Of a DNA stretch of 64,000 nt, positions 47,917 to 55,786 are shown piece by piece. The notes below the pieces were generated by a model. That model was not told where the DNA came from. It ran no database searches and saw nothing but the letters and a program-made list of their open reading frames with translations. Within the stretch, counting starts at the first letter, position 1. Each line of letters starts with the position of its first letter. The position numbers and the translations under genes were made by a program. This stretch comes from Abditibacterium sp. (GTDB taxonomy: Bacteria > Armatimonadota > Abditibacteriia > Abditibacteriales > Abditibacteriaceae). Where the stretch lies: the NCBI GenBank assembly GCA_965246885.1, contig OZ251992.1, forward strand, positions 2,016,001 through 2,080,000, given 5' to 3'.

Positions 47917-50606
47917 AAACCACCTTTCGCCTCGCGCTCGCCTTGGGCCTCGCCGTTCCCTTTGCCGCTCCGGTCGCGGCGCAAACCCGCTCGGTCGCGT
48001 CGGCCCGTGTTCTGCGCCGCGCGCGCTTGGCCAGCGCCTTTCCGATGCTGTCCTTGCGCGCGAACCTGATTCCCGCCCACATCGGCGCCCCGCGCGGGGG
48101 TGTGTCGGTCGCCGCCGCCCAAACGCGCGCGACGGGGACTTTGGGCTATAACTTCGTCGGCTACACCGACGCACAAAAAGCGGAACTGTCCGGCTTCTTG
48201 CAAACCAACGCCGCGCTCATCACGCAGGTCTGGGGCAACCCCGCGCCCGAACAAGCGGGCAAAACCGTCACCATCACTTCTGTTGCGGGCGCCGCGACCT
48301 ACTTTCCACCCGCCACCGACGCCAGCGCGGGGCAAATCGAGTTCGGCTACGTCAACACCGGCATCCTCAACGATAACCCCTTCCGCCTTCTCAAGCTGGT
48401 CTTGCTCGCTTATCAAGGCCCGCGCGTCCCGTCGTTTAACTACGGGGCGGGTAGCACCATTGAGCCGTACTCCCTCGGCGCGTCCGAAGCGGCGGCGCTG
48501 CAAATCCTGTATCTCGCCCAAGGCTCCCCCGCTTCTTTCGACCCGCGCTCCTACGTGGATTACGTGTTGCCGTTCTACGACGCTTTCAACGCCCCCGCCC
48601 TGGGCAATGCGTTCATCTACTCGCCCGATGGCCGCGATGTCGCCGTCTCGGACTTCCGCTTGGCGATGGCGCAGGCCGCCTTCCTCAAGCTCTTTGCCGA
48701 ACGTGCCACCTTCTTCAGCGATTTCAACGCTGCCTTATATGCGCGCGGGAGCGCCCGGAGCGCCGTCTCCGCCGACGACTTGGAAACCCTCGTCGCGGGC
48801 GTCGTGCCGACCGTTGAGGGGCTTCCCGCCCGCGCGTGGCTACGCGAGCAAAACGCCCTCAACGCCCGCGTGCGGAGCGGCAACAAGTTGCTCCTCATCG
48901 CGCTGCCTTCGCGCGCGAGCACAACGGGCGACACCCGTCCGCCCGTCGCCGTTTACGCCGAAGCGTTCGCCACCGACGCGAGCGGCAACGATTCCCCCCT
49001 GTTCGCGGGCGCGCCCACCGATGGCACCGGCGCCGCGCTTCCGGCTTATGGCACCCTTGATGCCCTCGACGAGACGGGCCGCAACGTCAACGCTTTCTCC
49101 TCCGAACTCGTGGGGTCGAGCGTGCTCAGCTTCAACTCCACCACCTCGCCCGGCGAAGCCACCAAAGCCGTTTCGTTTACGCCCTTCGGCACGCCCACCC
49201 CCGCCCGCGTGACCTTGCGCGCCCGCCTCAATGCCGTCGAGGGCACCACCATCTACCCCTTCGGCGCGGCGGGCACCACGACGGCGCCCGCCACCTTCTT
49301 CGGCGCCACCCTCGGCGGCACCAGTGGCAGCGTCACCGTCGCCAGCAACGGCCAAAGCCAAACCGTCCCCGTCGTGCGCGGCACCTTCTCCGCCACCCTT
49401 GCACCCGCGAGCGGCCCGCGCGTCCAGACCACCCTTGCCGTTGGCGGGCAAACCTTTGTGCGCAACTCGGCATGGTTGGCACCGGGAACGACGGTGCGCT
49501 CGTTGGAGTTCCTGCTTCCCGGCGCGGGCGCGGCGGTCGTCACCTCAACCTTGGCGCCCAATACCGCCAACGGTCAGTTGAAGATGATTGCCTTCCCGCT
49601 TCGCCCCGTTTTGCGCGACGAAGCGAGCGCCCTTGGCATCCCCGCCGCTTCGCTCGCTCTGGCGCGCTACCGGCCCGACCTGTCGCCCGCCGTGAGCGGA
49701 AGTGGCGGCTTGTCGTTTGGCATCGGCGGCTCCAAGTACGAGATATACCCCAACATCTCCCAAGGCCCGGAAGCCGGGCGCGGCTACTGGCTGAAAGTTC
49801 CGACGACTGGCTACTCCGCGCCCGTCGCTGGCACCTTCCCGCCCGCCAACCAAAATGCCGAAGTCGAACTCAAAGGCGGCTGGAACCAAATTGGCGCCCC
49901 GCGCGCGACGGCGGTGGACATCGGGAGCGTTCAAGTCCGCTTCGGCGGCTACTCGCCCGTTTCCCTCCAAGAAGCGCAGAATCGCGGCTGGGTCGCGCCC
50001 GGCGTGTGGCGCTATGACGGGAACCAAGGTTATGTGCGCGCCGATGTCGTGGGCGGCTCGCTTGTCCCTTGGGAGGGCTACTGGGTCTTCGCGTCGCCGG
50101 GAAGCGGCGTCCATTTGGTCTTCCCCGCCACCTCTTCGGCGCCCGCCAGTCGCGCTCTCACGGCGGCATCGGGCTGGAGTGTCGGGCTGGTCGCCGCCAG
50201 TTCCCGCTCGCGTGACACCAGCGCCTCCTTCGGCGTCTCGACCGCGACCCCCGCCGCCAAACCCCCCGTCGCCGCGCGCCAACTGAGCCTTTATTTCCCC
50301 CCGACCGGCGCCGCGTCCGCCAGTGGCGGCGGGACGGCGCAAGGCTTCTTGAAGACCTTGATCGGGCGCGGCGAGTGGCATTTCACCCTTGACGGCGCCA
50401 CCCAAGGCGAGCGCGTGACGCTCTCGTGGCCCCGCTTCGGCGCCCCCGCGAATGTGCGGTTGTTCCTGCGCGACGACGCGACTGACACCGCGACATGGAT
50501 AAGAGCGGGCGGTAGCGTCTCGCTTATTTCCAACGGCGCGCCGCGCCGCTTTACGGTGATTGGGGTTGTCGTCGGTGGGGGCAAGACGTCGGCAGGGGGG
50601 AGCTAA
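47913..50606 (+). CDS. Large secreted hypothetical protein
   Basis: Signal peptide (MKTT..VAAQ), Thr/Gly/Ala-rich beta regions, GRGYWL, GWNQIG and WEGYWV motifs. Confidence 0.75.
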   Translation: MKTTFRLALALGLAVPFAAPVAAQTRSVASARVLRRARLASAFPMLSLRANLIPAHIGAPRGGVSVAAAQTRATGTLGYNFVGYTDAQKAELSGFLQTNAALITQVWGNPAPEQAGKTVTITSVAGAATYFPPATDASAGQIEFGYVNTGILNDNPFRLLKLVLLAYQGPRVPSFNYGAGSTIEPYSLGASEAAALQILYLAQGSPASFDPRSYVDYVLPFYDAFNAPALGNAFIYSPDGRDVAVSDFRLAMAQAAFLKLFAERATFFSDFNAALYARGSARSAVSADDLETLVAGVVPTVEGLPARAWLREQNALNARVRSGNKLLLIALPSRASTTGDTRPPVAVYAEAFATDASGNDSPLFAGAPTDGTGAALPAYGTLDALDETGRNVNAFSSELVGSSVLSFNSTTSPGEATKAVSFTPFGTPTPARVTLRARLNAVEGTTIYPFGAAGTTTAPATFFGATLGGTSGSVTVASNGQSQTVPVVRGTFSATLAPASGPRVQTTLAVGGQTFVRNSAWLAPGTTVRSLEFLLPGAGAAVVTSTLAPNTANGQLKMIAFPLRPVLRDEASALGIPAASLALARYRPDLSPAVSGSGGLSFGIGGSKYEIYPNISQGPEAGRGYWLKVPTTGYSAPVAGTFPPANQNAEVELKGGWNQIGAPRATAVDIGSVQVRFGGYSPVSLQEAQNRGWVAPGVWRYDGNQGYVRADVVGGSLVPWEGYWVFASPGSGVHLVFPATSSAPASRALTAASGWSVGLVAASSRSRDTSASFGVSTATPAAKPPVAARQLSLYFPPTGAASASGGGTAQGFLKTLIGRGEWHFTLDGATQGERVTLSWPRFGAPANVRLFLRDDATDTATWIRAGGSVSLISNGAPRRFTVIGVVVGGGKTSAGGS

Positions 50607-50608
50607 CC

Positions 50609-51217
50609 TTACTCCGCTTTCCCGTCTAACGCCCGCCACAGGAAGCGGCACGCGAGCGTTCGGTGGGGGCGCCAAGGTGCGGCGATTGCTTCCATCTCTC
50701 GCGCGTCGGGGCGGGCGGGCAGGGCATACAAGCGGCGCATCGCTTCTTGGATGCCCAAGTCACCGACCGGGAGCACATCCTCGCGGTGCAAGTGGAACAT
50801 CAGAAACATGTCGGCGCTCCAAGGCCCCAGCCCCTTGACGGCGGTAATTTCGGCGCGAATCGCCTCGTCGGGCAGGGCGTCCAGACGCGCAAGTTCCAAG
50901 CGCCCATCCGCGACGTGCTCCGACAAATTACGCAGGTAGCGGCCTTTAGCTCCAGATAAGCCAAGCGTCTTCGCCAGTTCGTCAGACAGCGCCAGCACCT
51001 TGGCGGGGTCGGGTGTGGCACCGAAGTGCGCGTCGAAGCGGGCGCGAATGGCACGCGCCGATGCAACCGATAGCTGCTGGCCGATGATGATGCCGCACAG
51101 CGCCGCAAAATGGTCGCCGCTTTCGCTGCGCGCTTCCAACTCGCCCACGCGCGCCATTGCATCGGCTAAAACCGCGTCGCTCGCGCGCAAGTGCTGCGTC
51201 GCCTTGTGTTGGTTCAT
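50609..51217 (-). CDS. alkA: DNA-3-methyladenine glycosylase II (HhH-GPD family)
   Basis: IIGQQLS, VKGLGPWSA, LPVGDLG and WRPHRT motifs. Confidence 0.88.
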   Translation of the reverse strand: MNQHKATQHLRASDAVLADAMARVGELEARSESGDHFAALCGIIIGQQLSVASARAIRARFDAHFGATPDPAKVLALSDELAKTLGLSGAKGRYLRNLSEHVADGRLELARLDALPDEAIRAEITAVKGLGPWSADMFLMFHLHREDVLPVGDLGIQEAMRRLYALPARPDAREMEAIAAPWRPHRTLACRFLWRALDGKAE

Positions 51218-51280
51218 GTCCTCAGTGTGTCGCAAGGGCATTTGTTTCCGGTTGGCCAAAGCGTTAAAATGAGGGTGGCT

Positions 51281-51841
51281 ATGAGTTCTACCGCCATCGT
51301 CTTCCTCGTCGTTCTTCTGCTCGTCGTATGCATCCCGGTTGGCCTCTATAACGGCCTCGTGTCGCGGCGCAACGCCGTTGACAACGCCTTCGCTTCGCTC
51401 GACGCCAACTTGCAAAAGCGCTTCGACCTTGTGCCGAACCTCGTCGCCACCGTCCAAGGCTACGCCAGTCACGAGCGCCAACTTTTTGAAGATGTCACGC
51501 GCCTGCGTGGGGAAGTGCAAAATGCCCCCACGCCCGGCGCGCGCATTGAGGCCGACGCACAAATGGCACCGCTTTTAGGCCACATCCTGATGGTCGCCGA
51601 AGGCTACCCGCAGCTAAAAGCCAGCGCGAGCTTCGAGCAACTTCAGCGCACCCTGACAGAACTCGAAGAGCAAATTTCCGCCTCACGCCGCGCCTTTAAC
51701 GCCGCCATCACCGACTACAATACCGCCGTGCAAAGTTTCCCGTCCTCCGTCTTTGCGAGCGCCTTTGGCTTCGCGCAGCGCAACTTCTTCGCGGCGCAAC
51801 CCGACGCACGCGTGGCCCCCAACTTATCGGGCCAGTTTTGA
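51281..51841 (+). CDS. lemA: LemA family protein
   Basis: YNGLV, KRFDLVPNLV, EGYPQLKA and YN..VQSFP motifs. Confidence 0.93.
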   Translation: MSSTAIVFLVVLLLVVCIPVGLYNGLVSRRNAVDNAFASLDANLQKRFDLVPNLVATVQGYASHERQLFEDVTRLRGEVQNAPTPGARIEADAQMAPLLGHILMVAEGYPQLKASASFEQLQRTLTELEEQISASRRAFNAAITDYNTAVQSFPSSVFASAFGFAQRNFFAAQPDARVAPNLSGQF

Positions 51842-51959
51842 CCCGCGCGAGAAGGTATAAACAAGGTGGAAACATCATCATCCTTCGCAAGCTCAGCATG
51901 AGGCGGGCGACACTTTTGTTTGCCCGTTTTAAACCTTGGCTGTTTCCTCTGGAATTATC

Positions 51960-52934
51960 ATGCAACCCACTCCCGTTCCCGCGCCCGACTTGGCCACGCA
52001 ACTTGGCCCCACGCTCCAATCGCTCAACGAGCAGCGCTTGGGCTACGTCAAACAAGCCAACACCGGCCTCTATATCGGGGCGGGCGTGTTCGTCGTGGGC
52101 GCGGTGCTACTCATGATTGCGCGCCTTGGCCCCGTTTGGCTCCTCGCGCCCCTCGTCGTGGGCGGGGCGATTTGGGGAGGGATGGCATATGCAGCGCGCG
52201 GCTCTTACACGAACGATTTCAAAGCGTTCGTCATGCCCTCTCTGGTCGCGCAGTTCGGCGACTTGCGTTACCAATCCTCTCCCGGCCTAAGCGAAAGCGA
52301 CTTTAATACCGCGCACCTGTTCCCCCGCCCCGACCGTTTCAAGTCCGAAGATTTAATCGAAGGCGCCATTGGCGCCACAAGGCTGCGCATGTCGGAAGTG
52401 CACGCCGAAGAGGAGCACGAGACCACCGACTCTGACGGTGACCGGCGCACTGAATACCGCGACATCTTCCGAGGGATGATGTTCATCTTCGACTTTAACA
52501 AGAGCTTCGTGGGCCAAACTTACATCATGCCCCAAGACATCACCGGCAAAATGGGCGGTTTGGGCAAGATGTTCCAAAAGATGGGCGCCAAAGTGTCGGG
52601 GCGCGGACAGTTGGTGCTTCTCGAAGACCCGGAGTTCGCTGCTCTGTTCAAGGTGGATGCTACCGACCAAACCGAGGCGCGCTACATCCTGTCGAGTTCC
52701 CTCATGCGCCGCCTCATTGACCTGCGCCGCCGCCAAGGAAAAGATGTCGCGGCGGCCTTCGTTGGCGGGCAGATGTTTTTGATGCTCGAAAAAAACGACA
52801 ACTGGTTCGAGGCGCCGCCGCTTTCCACGCCGCTTGATATGAACGCCCTCGGCCCGACGCTCACTCAATTGGGCTTGGCGACGGGCATCGTGTCTGACCT
52901 TGACCTCAACACCCGCATCTGGAGCAAAGAGTAA
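51960..52934 (+). CDS. DUF3137-like membrane protein
   Basis: 2 TM helices, IFRG, LEDPEF and DQTEARYIL motifs; common lemA neighbour. Confidence 0.75.
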   Translation: MQPTPVPAPDLATQLGPTLQSLNEQRLGYVKQANTGLYIGAGVFVVGAVLLMIARLGPVWLLAPLVVGGAIWGGMAYAARGSYTNDFKAFVMPSLVAQFGDLRYQSSPGLSESDFNTAHLFPRPDRFKSEDLIEGAIGATRLRMSEVHAEEEHETTDSDGDRRTEYRDIFRGMMFIFDFNKSFVGQTYIMPQDITGKMGGLGKMFQKMGAKVSGRGQLVLLEDPEFAALFKVDATDQTEARYILSSSLMRRLIDLRRRQGKDVAAAFVGGQMFLMLEKNDNWFEAPPLSTPLDMNALGPTLTQLGLATGIVSDLDLNTRIWSKE

Positions 52935-53100
52935 CGTCAGTCGGCGGCGTGCATGTGTCACCCAATGGCGCACGTCTGGGAACCACCGGCAGACGTGTGT
53001 CATCGCTCGGCGCATGTCTGTCACCGAATGGCGCGCGTCTGTCACCGAATGGCGCGCGTCTGTCACCGAATGGCGCGCGTCTGTCGTTGCTCGGCGCGCG
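52933..53100. repeat. 21-bp-period repeat array 4 (about 8 units)
   Basis: Three exact copies of TCTGTCACCGAATGGCGCGCG (53017-53079) flanked by in-register degenerate units. Confidence 0.9.
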
Positions 53101-53140
53101 CGTCATCGCGCCCCATACGGCGCTTTCTACACTGCCGACT

Positions 53141-53590
53141 ATGCCAACTCTTCAAGAGACCATTACCGCCGCGTGGAAAGACGCCCTGCGCGCGGGTGAG
53201 AACAACCGCCGCGACACGATTTCGGGTCTGCGCGCCGCCATTAAAAACGCTGAAATCGAAGCGCGCGCGCCGCTTAGCGACGAAGCCGTGCAAACCGTCG
53301 TCAACAAGGAAGCCAAGAAACGCCGCGAAGCCATCGAGGAGTACACCAAAGCCGGACGCCCCGACTTAGCCGCCATCGAAAGCGGCGAATTAGACATCTT
53401 GGGTGCCTACTTGCCCGCGCAGATGGGCGACGACGAACTGCGCGCCCTCATCGCCGCTACCGTTGCCCAAACCGGCGCCGCTTCGCCCAAAGACATGGGA
53501 ATGGTGATGAAAGCCCTACAACCGCAAATCGCCGGGAAAGCGGACGGCAAACTCGCGTCCAACATGGTGAAGGAGGCGCTGGCCGCATGA
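53141..53590 (+). CDS. GatB/YqeY domain protein
   Basis: KE.KKRRE, YLP, KDMG.VMK and GKADG motifs. Confidence 0.92.
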   Translation: MPTLQETITAAWKDALRAGENNRRDTISGLRAAIKNAEIEARAPLSDEAVQTVVNKEAKKRREAIEEYTKAGRPDLAAIESGELDILGAYLPAQMGDDELRALIAATVAQTGAASPKDMGMVMKALQPQIAGKADGKLASNMVKEALAA

Positions 53591-54342
53591 AGCGCCCGCT
53601 TTTAATTCTGGGATTGTTGGGCGCGGCGCCGCTTTGCCGCGCGCAAACGGGCATTTCGGGTGCGGGGGCGATGTCAATGAGCGAGACGCCGCGCATCAAA
53701 ACGGCTTTGGGGAGCAACAAAGGGATAAGAGGCTCTGATGTCAACGTGGATTCGGACTACCGGACGCGCACGATAACCCTAACCGGAAAGACAACTTCCG
53801 CCGCACAGAGGGCTTTGGCGGAATCCATCACGCGGCAGCAAGCTCCCGGCTTTCTCATCTCCAATCGTTTAGTCGTGCGTCGCATTGTCACGAACCTAAC
53901 GACGGAGGCGCCAAGGGAATATCGGCGCATCGGGCGGTTCTTGCGGTTGTTGGCGAAGAGCCAACAGAAGCCGGGAAGCGAACCTTCGAGGCAACGGAAA
54001 CTCCCTTTCTCCGCCGTCAATGCCTTGCGCCTCGCCCGCTTTGTGTCCGCGCGCGGGGTAACTCTGATTAACTCGGACGAGTACCGGGGCAAGCCGTTGG
54101 TGCTGAGCCGCGCGCAGTTGGGGCGCGACTTGCGCCGGACGGGAAGTAGCGCGTTTGACACGTTCGCCTTTGCAGGGTTTCGCCTTCTGCGCTTGCAAGC
54201 GAGCCACAGGGGTTTAGGCGTCACCGCAACACGGTCGGGTATTGTGGTGGATGGGGAAGGCGGCTTGCGCTTGATTTGGATGCGCGAGGGAAGGCGGTTG
54301 CAGCTACGCCGCGTCGAAATCGCGGGTGACGTGGGCGAGTAG
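53587..54342 (+). CDS. BON domain-containing secreted protein
   Basis: Signal peptide, then IKTAL..VNVD..ITLTG..AE.I..N.L.V. Confidence 0.65.
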   Translation: MKRPLLILGLLGAAPLCRAQTGISGAGAMSMSETPRIKTALGSNKGIRGSDVNVDSDYRTRTITLTGKTTSAAQRALAESITRQQAPGFLISNRLVVRRIVTNLTTEAPREYRRIGRFLRLLAKSQQKPGSEPSRQRKLPFSAVNALRLARFVSARGVTLINSDEYRGKPLVLSRAQLGRDLRRTGSSAFDTFAFAGFRLLRLQASHRGLGVTATRSGIVVDGEGGLRLIWMREGRRLQLRRVEIAGDVGE

Positions 54343-54410
54343 GGACACCCGCGAAACGCTTCAGGCAACGCCGCGCGGCGCCCGCCGTCCCTTGGAACTC
54401 TTCTTTTATC

Positions 54411-55397
54411 GTGGAAAAAACAGAAATTCTTATTCCCGCGCCGCGCGTTGAAGCGGCGCAAACGTTGTTCGGAGTGGGCGATGATTCGCGCCGCTTTATT
54501 GAGCGCGAATTGGGGGTGGCGCTCAACTGGAACGAGGGGCACATCGTGGTCGTCTCCGCTTCGTCCGAAGCGGCGCAGGTCGCCGCGACGCTCCTGACGG
54601 AACTGCTCAACATTGTTGAGGGCGCGAATCGCGGCGGGCGGGCGCTCGTGCCGTCCGATGTGCGGTATTTGGTGCGCCGCGCCAAAGGCGGCAATTCCGT
54701 CGAGGGCGCGCGCAAGATGCTCGGCACGACCATCGTGACGAGCGAGCGCGGCAAGCCGATTGGCCCGCGCACGATGGGCCAAGTCGAGTATGCCGAAGCG
54801 CTAATGCGCGACGATATGGTGTTCGCCGTCGGCCCCGCCGGAACCGGCAAGACGTATATGGCCGTCGCCGCCGCCGTTGCTGCGCTCAAAGAAAAGCGCG
54901 TCAACAAGCTCATCCTCACGCGCCCCGCCGTCGAAGCGGGCGAGCGGTTGGGCTTTTTGCCGGGCGACTTGGAAGCTAAGATTGATCCCTACCTGCGCCC
55001 GCTTCATGACGCCTTGTATGACCTGCTGGACTTCGAGAAAGCGCAGAAGCTGTTCGAGCGCAAAGTGATCGAAATCGCGCCGCTCGCGTATATGCGCGGT
55101 CGCACGCTCAGCGAGGCGTTCATCATTTTGGACGAGGCGCAAAACGCGACGGGGCCGCAGATGAAGATGTTTCTGACGCGCCTTGGCTTTGGCTCGAAAA
55201 TGGTCATTACCGGGGACATCACGCAGACCGATCTGCCGCGCGGCGAGGAATCGGGCCTGCGCGCCGCCAGCCGGATTCTGCCGGGGGTCAAGGGCGTTTC
55301 GTTCGTCTATCTGACGCAGGACGACGTGGTGCGGCACAATCTGGTGCAGCGCATTATCGAGGCCTACGAAAAGAACGACTATCCTGAGCGGGGGTAA
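54411..55397 (+). CDS. phoH: PhoH family ATPase
   Basis: [27 protein letters not shown] and DEAQN motifs. Confidence 0.95.
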   Translation: MEKTEILIPAPRVEAAQTLFGVGDDSRRFIERELGVALNWNEGHIVVVSASSEAAQVAATLLTELLNIVEGANRGGRALVPSDVRYLVRRAKGGNSVEGARKMLGTTIVTSERGKPIGPRTMGQVEYAEALMRDDMVFAVGPAGTGKTYMAVAAAVAALKEKRVNKLILTRPAVEAGERLGFLPGDLEAKIDPYLRPLHDALYDLLDFEKAQKLFERKVIEIAPLAYMRGRTLSEAFIILDEAQNATGPQMKMFLTRLGFGSKMVITGDITQTDLPRGEESGLRAASRILPGVKGVSFVYLTQDDVVRHNLVQRIIEAYEKNDYPERG

Positions 55398-55400
55398 GCA

Positions 55401-55484
55401 ATGCTCAATGCGGATGGCCGCGCGCTGGTGGTTTCGGCGCGCGATATGACCGGTGCAGAAAGGAGACTCTATGGGAAACGCTAA
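55401..55484 (+). pseudogene. C-terminal remnant of a BrnT-family toxin
   Basis: MLNADGRALVVSARDMTGAERRLYGKR matches the BrnT C-terminal pattern (V.SAR.M...ER..Y); overlaps the antitoxin start. Confidence 0.7.
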
Positions 55485-55731
55485 AACGGGGTTATCGCAA
55501 GCGACCACTTACGAGGAGTCGGGCGAGTTTTGGGACTCGCACGGCTTGGACGGTGTGTGGAACCAAACGCGCGAGGTAGCGGTGGCGGTCGAGAGTGTGC
55601 CGGAAGCCGCGCTAACGCTCTCGCCGCCGATGCAACCTCGGTTGCACGTGGTCGCCGCGCGACAGGGCATGGCGGCGCAGGAGTTGTTAGAGTCGTGGCT
55701 TCAAGAACGCTTGGAGAGGGAGGCGGCGTGA
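55471..55731 (+). CDS. CopG/BrnA-like antitoxin
   Basis: EE..EFWDSH motif and a ribbon-helix-helix-like C-terminus; AGGAG upstream. Confidence 0.75.
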   Translation: MGNAKTGLSQATTYEESGEFWDSHGLDGVWNQTREVAVAVESVPEAALTLSPPMQPRLHVVAARQGMAAQELLESWLQERLEREAA

Positions 55732-55786
55732 TTATCAGCAGTACTGCGGCGAGAGCGCCACGTCCGTCGCGTCCCCGTAACAGCCC

